This document shows, one piece after another, positions 1 to 27,929 of a DNA stretch of 64,000 nt. The stretch is from Hormiphora californensis (lineage: Eukaryota; Animalia; Ctenophora). The notes under the pieces are model-generated. The model ran no database searches. It saw only the letters and a list, made by a program, of their open reading frames with translations, and had not been told where the DNA came from. Numbering within the stretch: the stretch's first letter is position 1; every line of letters begins with the position of its first letter. A program made the translations under genes and the position numbers. Where the stretch lies: positions 4,836,001-4,900,000 of the forward strand of contig CM035354.1 of the NCBI GenBank assembly GCA_020137815.1, read 5' to 3'.

Positions 1-82
1 ACCCACCCTACCTACCCCTCCTCCTCCTCCGCCTGCTACACCTACCCTACCTACCCCTCCTCCTCCTGTCACATCCTCTCTT

Positions 83-981
83 CAATTCCTGACTGGTGCT
101 AAAGGTGGACGACAGGCCGCCTATAATGGATACCTCTACTGTGGAAACAGGAAGACCCAGAAAGTCCAGCACTGGGCCTGCAAGGACCGGAAACAGTACA
201 CACCAAACTGTACGGGACGACTAACTACCACCCTCGATGAACCAGTTGGAGTAGTAAAGGAGACCCCGCACACCCATGACCCCTCCATCCAGACAACATC
301 GGCAAATGCCTTCCTCTCTAGACTCCGGCAAGTTACTACCTCTTCATCTGACGCCCCTGCGAAGCTGGTAACCAGTCTACTAGGCGGGACCCCCCAGGAC
401 GCCATCCATGAGCTGCCTGACCTAAAAAAGCTCAAGAGAAAAGTTACCTAAAAGAGGAGACTGGAGAGAGGATACCCCCTGATTGAAGCTACATGCGCTA
501 CAGAGTTTTCCCTACCTCTTCCTTCATCTGGGACCGGCTTCCATATATTCTCGGACACCACCACCTCCCTCAACCGGCGTGTTATTGCAATGGCCTCCAC
601 CAACACCCTCGAAGTCCTCAACCAACACCACTCCACCCTCTATCTGGATGGAACCTTCAAGGTGGCACCCAAACACTTCCGGCAACTTTGGATCGTCTGC
701 GGCCATGTCCCCGTACCAACAACCACTCGGAAGGGAACAACAATGCCTTGAACCGCTTCATCGGTTGCAGTAATCCCTCTGGTGGACTCCTGGCGGACGC
801 CCTGACCCAGTTCAATCAACAGGCCGAACTACACATCGAGCACTGCCTCACTGGGAACGTTCCTGCCGCTAAGAGGAGGAAGAAGTATCGGGACCTTGAG
901 GAGAGGATCAAGAAAGCCATCAGTAACTACGGAACTGTCGGACTTGCCCTTTACTGCAGATCTTTGAGCAGACTTGTGTAA
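83..981 (+). pseudogene. Internally deleted Mutator-like (FLYWCH + MULE) transposase remnant
   Basis: Frame +2 reads QFLTGAKGGRQAAYNGYLY...WACKDRKQYTPNCTGRL...PHTH (FLYWCH zinc finger). After an in-frame TAA at 449 it continues LYLDGTFKVAPKHFRQLWIV (first catalytic Asp motif). It then jumps frame straight to PRTNNHSEGNNNALN (catalytic Glu motif), so the middle of the DDE core is missing. Confidence 0.85.
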
Positions 982-1037
982 AATTCAGTTGTATTTCAGT
1001 TTTATTTCAGTTTTATAATAATGAACTAGCTTGTTTT

Positions 1038-1092
<55 letters not shown>

Positions 1093-1094
1093 TC

Positions 1095-1125
<31 letters not shown>

Positions 1126-1239
1126 CTCTTTCTCTTTCTCTCTCTTTCTCTCTCTCTTTCTCTCTTCTATTTTCAGTCTCTTTTCTATCAATATATATAT
1201 TTCTATATATTGAAATATTGATAGAAAAGAGAATGAAAG

Positions 1240-1337
1240 ATTGCATTGCAGTTGACAACTCGCTAAGAATATCTCGATTCGGTAAATATATATACCGAAT
1301 CGAGATATCCTTAGCGAGTTGTCAACTGCAATGCAAT
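1240..1337. repeat. 98-bp near-perfect palindrome
   Basis: attgcattgcagttgacaactcgctaag...cttagcgagttgtcaactgcaatgcaat pairs end to end with 2 mismatches. Confidence 0.9.
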
Positions 1338-1574
1338 ACTGCCTACACCCTGAGGTGGAGGGTAGGCAAAACTGCTCGTAGGCATTATTGTCAACATCAG
1401 TGGTAAAATCACAGTTTTGCCTACATGGTAGGCATTATGTACCGTAGGCAAAACTGCGGTTTACCCCCCTGGTGTTGACGATAATGCCTACAAGCAGTTT
1501 TGCCTACCCTCCACCTCTAATTAGGTGTTTTAGGGTGTAGGCATTATTGACCGTAGGCATTATTGTATGCTACC
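1338..1574. mobile_element. Foldback/TIR segment built from (A)ATGCCTAC / GTAGGCA modules; probable terminus of the MULE element
   Basis: Internal inverted repeat ~1353-1407 vs ~1460-1516. The same module family recurs at 37362-37640. Confidence 0.55.
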
Positions 1575-1577
1575 CTA

Positions 1578-2758
1578 CAGAATGGCGCTACGGTGCGGGA
1601 AAAAAAATTCCATTGCCTAAAATCGTTTTTTTTACTTTTATTTGATTTGGGTCAAAATTGGCTATATCAAACGTGGTCCCGAAAAATCCATAATGACTTA
1701 GCACACGAAATATGTCACCCCCACCTATTTTTGCACGTAGAATCGATTGCCGTTGAAGTCGAATCTCTAAAATGACTGTAAAATGGTCAAAAGTTGATTT
1801 TTTACCATTTTTTTGAGGTTTTTGGCCCCTAAACCATTGAACACGTTGAGATAGGAATTTGAAACTAGTGCCAATCGTTAAAATGGTCATTTTTCTACCA
1901 AGAACCAAGTTTTCGTGTATATCCGATTTATGGTTAGATTTGGGCAAATTGTTGAAATCTGCCAACTAGGAGAACCGTAGCTTGATTTTTTCCTTTTTTA
2001 TATTTTGGCATTTTTGACAAACTTCTGATTGAAATGGCCAGTCGGGACCATGCTTAAGTTGTTTATGGGACAATTTTCGACTAAAATCCAAGATTTCATA
2101 CCAATCCAATAACAGATCGTTGATTTGTAGAAAATTTAAGTAGGCAAAACGGTCAAAATAAGCAAGAAAAGTTGTTATTTTGACCGTTTTGCCTACTTAA
2201 ATTTTCTACAAATCAACGATCTGTTATTGGATTGGTATGAAATCTTGGATTTTAGTCGAAAATTGTCCCATAAACAACTTAAGCATGGTCCCGACTGGCC
2301 ATTTCAATCAGAAGTTTGTCAAAAATGCCAAAATATAAAAAAGGAAAAAATCAAGCTACGGTTCTCCTAGTTGGCAGATTTCAACAATTTGCCCAAATCT
2401 AACCATAAATCGGATATACACGAAAACTTGGTTCTTGGTAGAAAAATGACCATTTTAACGATTGGCACTAGTTTCAAATTCCTATCTCAACGTGTTCAAT
2501 GGTTTAGGGGCCAAAAACCTCAAAAAAATGGTAAAAAATCAACTTTTGACCATTTTACAGTCATTTTAGAGATTCGACTTCAACGGCAATCGATTCTACG
2601 TGCAAAAATAGGTGGGGGTGACATATTTCGTGTGCTAAGTCATTATGGATTTTTCGGGACCACGTTTGATATAGCCAATTTTGACCCAAATCAAATAAAA
2701 GTAAAAAAAACGATTTTAGGCAATGGAATTTTTTTTCCCGCACCGTAGCGCCATTCTG
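1578..2758. mobile_element. Perfectly palindromic non-autonomous DNA transposon (Tc1/mariner-like: TA flanks, CAG...CTG ends)
   Basis: Arms 1575-2161 and 2175-2761 (587 bp each) are reverse complements around a 13-bp spacer. The ORF track shows identical 125-aa ORFs on opposite strands. Ends read TA|CAGAATGGCG...CGCCATTCTG|TA. Confidence 0.85.
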
Positions 2759-4129
2759 TAGACCCTCAGCTACCACGTACAAGTGGTGGTTTCCCGTAGC
2801 ATGCTAGGTCGTGTTAAAGTTTCACCAGGCACGCCGTGGTGAGGGATGCCGGGGAACATCATGCTGATCCAGTGTCCAGACAGTGCTGGGCTATTGCTAG
2901 TTTTGCGCTCTCGTCAGTGCAGAAAGCAAACCATTTCGAGACGCGCGCACTGTAATATTCCATGTGCTGACAAGCGCCCATTGATCAACAGCATACCCAC
3001 TGAACTATTTCCACCATTCCGTGCCTACGTTGTGGCCACTTTTAGTGCCCCTTGGATCAAAGAGAGACACAAACGTTTTTGTGAAATGGGAAATCAACTA
3101 AAACAAGTTTGGAAACAAAAGCTGCAGTCCAAAATACCAAATCAGGTGTGTCAAATCAAAATCACACACACGCACAAACAACCAAACACACTAGCACGTG
3201 TACATTAACACTCGGATAAAATAGCAGGATAAGACAAACTAGATACATATCCGGCATAGAATTCGGATATCCCAAGGTATCTTGATATTACTGACTTGTC
3301 CTGTTAGTGCTATTCTATTTCTATCCGTCGGTTAATGAATACGTGCTACTGACAGCACCCAAGCACACAGACACACCTGTACCATTGCTAATTACTATTT
3401 AATTACACCTAATTTCATGCAAGTTAATCTCATAATTGCCATAATTCACAGGGATGGTAAGATTAAGAAGGCGGAATGAATCAAAATGAGTGAAAAATGA
3501 GTGAAACTTCATGTGATCTAATATTGATTCTACAGATATCTGTGAAGGTTTTTACAACAAAACAAAATGAATGTGAGATACTTATGAAATACCTAGATAT
3601 AATATACTTAATATTACGTACACACCAAGGACCCTGGTACCACCCTAATTCAGCTCCTGAGCTGAGTGGTATAATTATAAATTAAGCTCAGCGATTATTT
3701 GTGATCTAAAAAAGCTAAAAAAGATACACGACCATATTACAGCTTCATCACCTACTCTCTTTCTTCTGTTACATGTAGGTATTTGGAATCGGATGGGCAC
3801 TGTCTGCCGGAGCCGAGCCGATCTGCCGGTCGAATCGGCGCCGCCAGATAGATAGCCCCCGGGGGTGAAATTAAACCAGTCCCTATTTCACATCACAAAA
3901 GCAAAGATCGGTTTGTGCAATGGTCCAGCCAATGAAACAATATTTCAGCTGCACTACCCCAACACAGTTAGTTAGCGCTATACACTATTAATATTAACTC
4001 AAGTTAAAACGGAACAGTTATAAATTAATTTAGTATCCGAACCTCTCTCTCTCTCTTAGTGTCTGAGTATTAGCAGCCCATGAAAAAAACAAAACAAAAA
4101 TAACACGCAAAAAACACAGCTGAATAGAG

Positions 4130-17787
<13,658 letters not shown>

Positions 17788-18606
17788 GGACTCTAGATTT
17801 GGGGGAGTAAGATATTGTCAGCACTGGCATACAGAGAGATGTTGAAATACTGTATCAATGAGCGATATAAATCTAAAATCAACCAATCATAACACACATG
17901 ACGAGTTTGGAAAGTTTAAAAGGCAGAGGGATGGGAAGTAAGCTATCAATGACCAAGGTTTGTAACGCGAGCAGTTGAATTCAAGAGAGTTGAACATATA
18001 ACATGGCAGTTGCGATGTCATTGCATGATAAAGACAGGAGGAGCTCAGATGAGAGATAAGGACACAACGGGTGGTCTAAAAACACCACCCTCAGCATTAT
18101 ATAAAATAAATTCTAGCGGATCGAAATGCTTTAGAGTGACTGACGATGAAATAACGAACACGCCATAAGGGGAATAAGTACCACCGTTTCTCTCTCTCTC
18201 CCTCGCCCTTCTATACCATTCCTCTTTTTCTCTCAACTTCCCTGTGCTATCTCGTGCTATTATCAAAGAGTACATGTGGGGCGGGGCAACACACGTCAAG
18301 AGATCAGATGATGATCCCCTGTTGTTGTGTAACATTTCAATCAGCGAGACTCGGTTGATAAAACACGAGGGATAGACACGGATATATTAATGAACACAAT
18401 GAGAGAGAGACCCCCATTTTATATGTATGGTGCCCCCTCTGCCCCGTCTCTCTCGAGAGGGGGCAGAGGAGGCACCATACATATATAATATGGGGTGCGG
18501 GTAAATGGTTACAAAGTAATGTTACAAAGAAGGGCACTAAAGCTTCAGCTAGGGATGGAGGCTGAGGCTGAAAGGATGATACATAGTTATGGACAAACGA
18601 GAATAT

Positions 18607-18684
<78 letters not shown>

Positions 18685-19629
18685 AGAGAGATAAAGAGAG
18701 AGAGAAAGGTACGTCAGGTGGGCAAAGATGAGGGCCACACTCGCACAATACCCCACTCTCTCTATCTCTATATCACTCACTCACTCACTCACTCTCCCTC
18801 TCTCTATCTATCTCCCCCACTCTCTCTCTATCTCTCTATCACTCCCCTTCTCTCTCCCCCTGGATCAATACACACGCATGAGGGAGAAGTTGTGAAAGAG
18901 ACAGGGGTAGAACAATGGAAGAGTCAATACAGGGTATAGCAGCAGTAGTAGTCTACAAGCAAAGGCCACCACGCCTCTTTGTGTGCGCTTTACACACGTA
19001 CGTACCACACATAGGGGGGACCACACGGCAAGTGGCTGGTATTATACAGGGACTGGGAGAGGTGCCAGGGAGAGTGAGAGGAGGGGGAACTGGGGAGAGT
19101 GAGAGTATGGGGAACTGCGGAGAGAGAAAGGGAAGCAAAGTGAGACGATATATGGCCAGCAGGTGTCTTCTATCGGCCGTGTTTGGCAAACTAACTCTCT
19201 CACATACACACGCGTATACAAATTAACGGAAAATGGGTAGCTGCTGAGGGCACGGAACCCGATGATTTCACATACAAACCAAATTAGCCACAAATAAAGT
19301 TTCCCAAGTTAGGGAAATGTCGTATGAAATATCAGCAGCAACATGGCAATGATCAATGTAACAATTTGCACCGGGACATCACTCACACAACATCTTCTTC
19401 TTCTACGAGTGTCGGGTGTGAGACCCTAAAGAACTATCGCGACTAGGTAGACACTGGTGTGGTAACTCACACAAAATGTTGCTTCATAATATACACTGTA
19501 CCAGTACACAACCGATACACACACAGACAAAGGTGGAAGCCCAGCAATTACTAAGTGAGCAAGACGCTACAGAGTGAGAGTGTTAGATGTGTAGAACAAA
19601 AGCTAGACAACAGAGACTATTATGATTAT

Positions 19630-19648
19630 AGATAGGGAGAGAGAGAGA

Positions 19649-19739
<91 letters not shown>

Positions 19740-19751
19740 AAGAGAGAGAGG

Positions 19752-19796
<45 letters not shown>

Positions 19797-19827
19797 AGAG
19801 AGAGAGAGAGAGAGGGGAGGGAGAGAG

Positions 19828-19877
<50 letters not shown>

Positions 19878-19900
19878 GAGGTAGTGAGAGAGAATAGGAG
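19630..19900. repeat. (GA)n microsatellite; representative of many such tracts (e.g. 1040, 8852, 9400, 11745, 14570, 18610, 21052, 23736, 32605, 33601, 35221)
   Basis: Seen directly in the sequence. Confidence 0.95.
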
Positions 19901-21046
19901 AGGGAAGGACAGAGACAGAGGTAGGTATCAGGGAGTGAAAGATAGCATACAAAGAGAGGAATATAGAGAAAGAAAGATAGAGAAAGAAAGATAGCTTGTG
20001 TGAGAGGGAGGTGGGTATGTGAGAATATTGAGATACAAAAGCATAAGCTAATATTCCGACAGTGTAAACACGAGACGTAGAATGACTTTCATCTCTGTGA
20101 GAGTGACGGAGAGATAGAAGAGACAGATATATATAACAGGAAGAGAGGGCCAGAGTAATGTATTACAATAGAAAGAAATTATCACAGTGAAGTAGAAGAA
20201 TACAATAGAAATAAGTCATGTGGTTGTAGTATGAAGCGACACAAAATATAGCAATAAGTTTAACACCAATACAATGTCTGGAGTAATGGGAGCCCGAGAG
20301 AGTTATTGTCAGAGGTCTATAATATGCCATGTATAAAACAGTGTGGTACAGGAAACCACACGAGCTAAGCACCCCATATGCAAGACCATATTTCGGTGGA
20401 GGCGAGAAAATAAGAGTCCGTGCGCGCGCAACAATCTGAAAATTGTACCCTCGCGCGTTACATCAAGTCATCCGTCACATGAAACTTTTTACATCCCTCC
20501 TCTCTCGTCCTCTCTCGCCTCCCCTCTCTCCTTCATCTTTACCTCCGTCAGTCTCCCGCTGCTCTTGTCCAGTTTATATTATCTCTGTTGTCCTCTTTCT
20601 ATCTCTCTATCTCTCTCTGATCCAACACGCTAACTTCAGCCGATGACACGACTGTCCCTATCCTCTCTCTCTCCAACTCTCTATATGTGTGCTATCTATC
20701 ATCATGTCCTATGTGTATACCACATGTATAATACATCCATATTAAATTCAAAATGTGTCACATATAATACACCACCGTGTCTCCTCCGTTTGTGAGAGAT
20801 AGGAAAATGTGGGACTAGAGAGAGAGATGTGACAGGCGGTTTGAGTACTTTGAGAGTGAGTGAATACAGATTATCGAAAGGGAATTATGGAATAGAAAGG
20901 GAGTTGTTAAAAAGTATGATATCAGCGCATGATATGATGAAAAATCTCAAATTTAGAAATATTACACTCTTCAGATTTATCATACTGCTCACATAGAGAA
21001 ATTACAACCCCAATTTCATATTTTGTTCACTGGTCAATTAAACACA

Positions 21047-21136
<90 letters not shown>

Positions 21137-23732
21137 TGTGGTACAGAAAATTAAAGTTGTCGCTATCTGCTGCAGAGAATAGAACAGTGCTGCTGCTACT
21201 GGAGAAACGCAGCATGCGTAAGCTGCATTCAGTATAGTAAGCGATATGTCATAGAATCGAGTAAAGCAAAATATTGCCCTAAAAAGGATGAAAAATTAGT
21301 AAGAGTCGATGCAAACAAGTCGTGACGCAAGTTTGACGTCAAAGAATTCATGATCGATGATCTTCCCTAATACCCGAAATTTTTCAATACCTTACCCTCT
21401 CAATATATCATTTCGTTAGGTACCACCTGTATTGAAATCTACTGACCTAGTGACATGTGTGTGACAGGCGATACGGTGAAATTGCTACAGCAGGGAGATA
21501 TTGGTTCGGTGATTGGTAGATATATATTGGGTGTAAAAAGTTGCCGAGCAGAGAGACCAATGAAAAAGGGAAAATGATCTGTGAGAAACAGGCAGCAAGG
21601 AGACAAACCGAAAAGAGCAGACAGAGAAATTTCAATTCATTTTTAGTACACAAATTTGTGCGTACATATAAGTGTAGCACAATCTATAGGCGGGTAGGAA
21701 GAGAGGGTAATAGGGACAGAGCAAGGCGTTATTTGATGAAATGAGGTACCTTTATTACTCAAAATTACACTACTACCCTCCAGTATGTTGTCAGTTCATC
21801 AATTTGTCAGTATGTCTGTCTGTCTGTCTTTGTACTGTCTTTGTGCTGCATTCAGGAGGGATGATTCTCATGATGACAAGTCATGGACCAACATGTCCAT
21901 TATCACCGCACAGAATAGTGTGGAGATGTTTGTCAATTGGCAGACTTATATATTGTTGGACTCTAATTAGAATATATAGTGTGAGAGAGAGAGCCGGTGT
22001 GTGGAAATGGGTGTGTCTGTAGCAGCTCAATACTCACGAAAATACTGTGAGTATCCGCCTCCCCGCGGTAAGGCCACGTCTCTGTCGACTGCAGGAAGTT
22101 CTGATTAGTTAAAAAGAACGGATAGAGAAACGAGGTGCAAGAAAAAAAAGAGTGAGAAAGAGAGAAAATGTGCGAGAACAACAATAGGTGAACCGGGGAA
22201 GAAAGTCGGAAGGATGATAAAGAATTGGCATGAATGTGTTTTCTCTACATTATACACACGTTAGGTGAATGAATAACAATTCTACATGCACAGCTGTGTG
22301 TATTCTTCTTCTAGTCAGTGAGAATGTGTGTGTGACAGATCCACACTTCTCTTTTTCTGATATGGTATCTCTCTTTCTTTCTCTCACTATATTTCTAATA
22401 TCCCTCTTTCTCTCACAATATTTCTGATATATCCCTCTTTCTCTGATACCTCTCTTTCCTTCCTCATGCGTGTGTTTGCTATCCGAATTTCTCAAACAAA
22501 GAAAAGGGAATGAATCTCCCAGTACGTCACATTATAAACCCACAAGTGTTATATTACTCAACAGCATATTTTTCAACACGTCTGTTATTTATACTTGTAA
22601 TATCGTTTCTAATCCATCTCTCTCTCTATCTCCACCCAATTCTATCTCTCTATCTCCACCCCTTTCTATCTCTCCGTTCCCTCACGTGCCCAGGTGTTAG
22701 TGACGTAGCTAAAAAGAGGACACACACAGACACCCTAAAGAACCGGAAACTAGGGGCACATATATTTACAACAGCCATGTACCTCAATTGATACACTACT
22801 ACATAAACCAGCCAACTATATTACTGTACTAAGAAATGTATCATGATCCATCGAGTTGAATCAACTAAACAAACCAAACAACTAAACATAATCATTCTTA
22901 ACCAATTGCAAACTATAAAATGCCCTAGAAAGATGAAGTAACATCTCCACACGTAACAACAAGATATTGCCGGTTGAAGATCTATTGGTACCACCCTCTA
23001 CATGGATCAATGCCTCATCTAATTACGTATTGTTGAAGATCACGTGTTGCCAATGATGATCTCATGTGACGTTAAGACTGCCCTGTAGCTGGTTTTAAAA
23101 ACCTTACGGTGAGACGGAGAAATCTATCAGCTTCCACTTTCGACTTCTTTTTAAACTTCCTCCCCGTTACCTTAACTTTCTCATGCACACTTGCAGTCAA
23201 CACTTGTCAAACAGACTCAGTTTTATAAATACTTCTTTTATAAATACTTCTTTGAAAACCTGGTATGTACCGTTACAATTTTACAGTTGAGGAGACTGGG
23301 GAAGTCTTATCTCTATGGAGACAGAAGGTTCTCGAACGAACACGAAAAATGAGGTGGGAGTGGCTCAGAGAATAACCTCTCTATCTCTCCATCTGTCTCT
23401 CTATCTCTTTCTATCCTTCTCTCTCTATCTCTTTCTATCCTTCTCTCTGTCTTTCTCTCCCTTCTTCTCTCAGACAATTGATTAAAAACTCCATTCGATG
23501 GAATCTATCAAGGATAAGATGGAAAATAGGATACTTCGCTGCAATGTTTTAGGCTACAAAGATATCTGCATAGTATTAGCTCAGACCCGGGGTACGAGCA
23601 GTACAACTACACGATACTGTACTCGGTGAACAAGTGTGCATTACACATGCATATATTAGGGACATAACCCCGCCTTACTCATGCCGGATATGTATGGATA
23701 TTGCACACCCATGTTTATGTAATAGAATAGAA

Positions 23733-23874
<142 letters not shown>

Positions 23875-26403
23875 TAGAGAGAGAGAGAGAGAGAGAGAGA
23901 TAACTGCCTAGTTATCATCACCTCTCTCCTCGTGTTCGTCTGTGTGTACATTATCCTATCAGCCATATGTTACAGTATCCAGGTACAACACGAAGTTACG
24001 ATATTTTTTACTTTTTTTTAGTTTTTAGTGTTCAGATAATATTGATTGATAAGATATTTATAACATTTTGGTCTCATGCGACATGCGTCACAAAGCAGGT
24101 TGACTCCACCAGGTGGGCCCTCAATCCCTTTGTTTTCTATCATCAACTCTCAAAATAATAACAGTATCTCAATTAGATGCTACAGCTGGTGTTCTCTATT
24201 ATCTTCAAATTCATTAATCTTTTATCCAGTCCTTTATTTAGTCTTTTACTCCTTTATTTATTCCTTTATCTAGCTTGGCCACATGAAAGTGATGACGCTT
24301 TAAAATGTGTGTATACATTGAATACTCTGTGGGGGGGGGGGTGTCCCCAAAGTACAAACTAAGTAAGGGGACCATGAGAGGGGGGGGGGGACACATTGTA
24401 TGTAGCAGGTGCTTTGTTTGTCTTCGCATAGGAAGAGAATGGGTCCCATGCAACTAAGGACACCCGAAACATCCGATATTCGGACACGTGGATAAAACAG
24501 GCTTGTGGAACGAACATGAAAAAGAGGAGTAAGTAAGATATATAAGAAGACACGGAAAAAAGAAAAGAAGGGGGTATTGGAAAAAGTAGGCTCACTGCCA
24601 ATAATAATAATTTAGAGAACTTTACCTTTTGTTTGTAGTTCCGGAATGAGCTGTTAATGGACCGTTTCAGATGTTTCTAACGTGCTGGGCTTCACCTGAG
24701 GGCTGGTCATGGGCGGCCTACATTATAGGGAAATAAAGTTTTAAAAACAGCAACGGATTTCTTACCAAAAAGCTTCAAGTTTTGCTAAAATTTCAAGTTT
24801 TAAAAAGTATATTTTGTTAAAGTTTTAATTAGTAGGTTTTAGTGTTTAGGGAAAAGGTGGGGGCATTGCAAATATTAGCAGCTCTCTCACTAAGCAGATG
24901 ATGATGAAGGATAGACAATAGGTCATCATCAAGAGAAAAAGAGGAGGGAAAAAAGGAGAGGACAGAGAATGAGAGTGAGAGTGAGAGAGACAGAGATAGA
25001 GAGAGAGTAGTAAAGATGAGAGTGAAAGAGAGAGGATGTTTGGGCCGAAATGAGCAATTGTAATTCTTCCTAACACACACACAAACACCAACTCACTATT
25101 TCCAGTTTTCACTTGTTGTTTAGCATCACACAAAAAGTGTAACCACGCCAGTGTGTCTGTGTGTGAGAAACAAAGGTAGTAGCAGACAGAGGTTTATATG
25201 TGAGCGTCAAGGGAGAAGTGATAAAAGTGTAGTTGGAGAATTATAATAACTGCTCTGCACACTCAAAATGTGCACAGTTATTACACCTTCCAACAACTCA
25301 TCGACATGGACAGATTTTAAATTTTTAAAGAAACGCAAGGGATATATCATAATTTCGTTAGCATTTTCGTCCTCTGGCGATGTAGAATGCCAGAAGTGTA
25401 AACAAGCAGAATTCGGTGTACTGAGTGAGCGTGAAATCACGCTGATTCAGAAAATGAATTACTTGGTCCAGCGTCCTGGTGGCTGATTAAAAATTGAATC
25501 ACAGTCGATGGATAGGAATTTATCGAACACCTCTCTTATCTAAACTATTAAAACTGTGGAAACCATTACAAGGTAACGGGAACATTTCTGGATAGAAATG
25601 AACATAGGGGCAGCGCAAAAGGGGGATCATCAAATATTAATCAACTATTAATCCCGTACAATTTGGATAACTCAGATAATTGATACATTCTAGCATGATG
25701 TTATAACTTAATTCATTAATAAAGCGTGGATTTCTACACGTTATCGATGAACTTGTAGACCCCTTAGTTTTCTGTTTGAACTTCAACATTTATATTAAAG
25801 TCATATAAGTGACTCTTCCCGCTCTCACACTATAGACATATACAAATAAGTCATATATATATCCTACAAGGCTGAGAGGCTTAGAGCTTCAGCAGTTACC
25901 TAAAGACATACATAAAACCCATTGCAAGAGATGCTTTATTTTGCGATGGAATACGGGTCCCAACATTAAATCTACAAAGTCTCAATTTAGTTTGATATCG
26001 CCGTGACTTTAGGAGAAGCGTGAGTGAGAAGCAGTGCAGACTGAGCGCTGAGCGCTAAGACCGGCCGGACACGGGTAACGAGCTGTAACCCAGCAGAGCT
26101 GTGGCCCAAAGCGGTGAGTACTGAGTAGCAACAATTTTTCTAAATAGTTACCGCCCACCGAAAGATAGGACTAGAGGACTCTACTGTCTACAGAAAACAA
26201 GTATGTGCCTTAAAAGTTTAGAAGCACGTGTGGACTTTTTGGGGCGCCGTTACGATCTGGGTGTTTGGAGGCCTGTTTACAGGTGTGCGCTGCCAAAAAA
26301 GTTGATTCACTAAAATGGCTCTAACAAATACAAATACAAATACCGCCAAACCACTCAACCGTTTTGACTGATTCAAAGTTTATCTGGTAGGGAATGTCAA
26401 GGC

Positions 26404-26460
26404 CTAACCCCAACCCAAACCCCAACCCTAACCCTAACCCTACTTTAGCCCTAACCCTAA
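26404..26460. repeat. Short degenerate (CCCTAA)n telomere-like tract
   Basis: ctaaccccaacccaaaccccaaccctaaccctaaccc...ccctaaccctaa. Confidence 0.7.
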
Positions 26461-26978
26461 AAAATCGTTTGTCAGCACTCCCAAAACACCCAGATTTTAA
26501 CGCTGGCCGACTTTTTGGAAAGCTTCCGAATTTTTTTGAAAATTTTAACTTTTTGGCTTTTCATGACGTGCCGCGCAGCAGCGTAAAAACCCAAAATGCG
26601 CCGTCATTCTAAAAATTAATTGAAAAGCGCTGCCTTATCCCGCGCTGCCAGGGGCCAGCAACGTTTGCCAAGGAATGTACGCGTACCCGCCAGTCGCCAC
26701 CCACCTGGTACGCCCCTCGGGCAGCAGCTCCAGGCATGGGGTGAAACCACCCACAAGCGGGGCCAGGGGCTGTACATACTACAAAATTCTTAAATTTTAC
26801 TGCCCCCGCAACGAGACGTGTTTTTCTTCTTAATATGCCAAGATGAAAATTATGCAATTTAAATTCTCAGAGAAGACGTGTTTTCAAACTTTTCAACACT
26901 ACTTTAAACAAATTAATTTGAGCAGGAAGATGAATCCGATGTAACAGCCCCGAAGGGCAGAAAAACGAAACGTTGATA

Positions 26979-27929
26979 ATGTCGGAAGCGAAGTACGAGG
27001 GCGATAACCCTATGATAAAACGATTAGAAGAGACGGTGGATGACTTTGTTTCTGAAGTTTACCTGTTGAATTCGGACAACACGACGAGCATCACACCAGA
27101 TGAGTTTACTCAATGTTATAGATCGATTCAAGCTGCACCCGATTCAATGTTAACCAACGACAGCTTAGCTTCGCCTAGCAAGCACTGGGGTTCGTACTTT
27201 AGACATTGTCTCAAGGACCGATCAACTACGAGTGAAATAATCGAGGCTACTTCGCGTATTTTTCTCTCCAGTATGAAACTTGCCCGAGCAACAATGAACA
27301 ATTTTGAAACGGTTATCAGTGTGGAAAACCTCGAGAAACAGCTGCGTGAATGTAAAGAAGAACTTGACCGCCATCGGGTTAACGTAATCGAGCTCCAGCA
27401 AACGGTTATCAACCACCAGAAGCAACAACTCAGTACAGTGACAGCATCGGTGCAGAAGGTGAAAGCCTACTCTACTGTGCTAGCACAGAATTGTGCTGCA
27501 ACCTCCCCCAAAGTGGGAAAACCACTACCAGTGAATCATCCTACTCCCGTCCAACAGCCCGGAAGAGAGAAGAACATGGTTGTGTTTGGTCTCCCAGAAA
27601 CAACCGATAGAGTAGCTAAAACTACTTTAGACGAACTTTTTGAGGAATTAAATGAGAAACCGAAAGTGACTACGATGAAACGCATCGGCGAAAGAAATGA
27701 GAAGCGCCCTAGACCGCTCTTAGTATCCCTGGAGAAGAGAGCGACTCTCCTCAGAAAGGCACGAAACCTCAAAGACTCCAAACAGTTTTCGGCTGTTTAT
27801 CTCTCTCCGGATCTTACGCCCTCTGAACTGAAAGAGCAAAAAGCTCTAAGGTCCACTTTGAAGCGGATACGATCAGAAGATCCTGACGGCTGCTACTTCA
27901 TCCGTAATAATCTTATCCAAGTGGGATAG
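26979..27929 (+). mobile_element. LINE (CR1/L2/Jockey-type) ORF1 protein, intact
   Basis: Coiled coil followed by REKNMVVFGLPE...RIGERNEKRPRPLLVSL...LLRKARNLKDSKQFSAVYLSPDLT, typical of the non-LTR ORF1 RRM/CTD region. It is followed by the start of an APE-endonuclease ORF2 (SCLYTNCVSAGYKL, ~28010-28052). Confidence 0.8.

Noticed and set aside
1588-2748. Two identical 125-aa ORFs
   Set aside because: They are mirror products of the DNA palindrome, start at TTG and show no protein motif.
26404-26460. Telomere or fusion site
   Set aside because: The tract is short, degenerate and internal; such tracts are common inside repeats.
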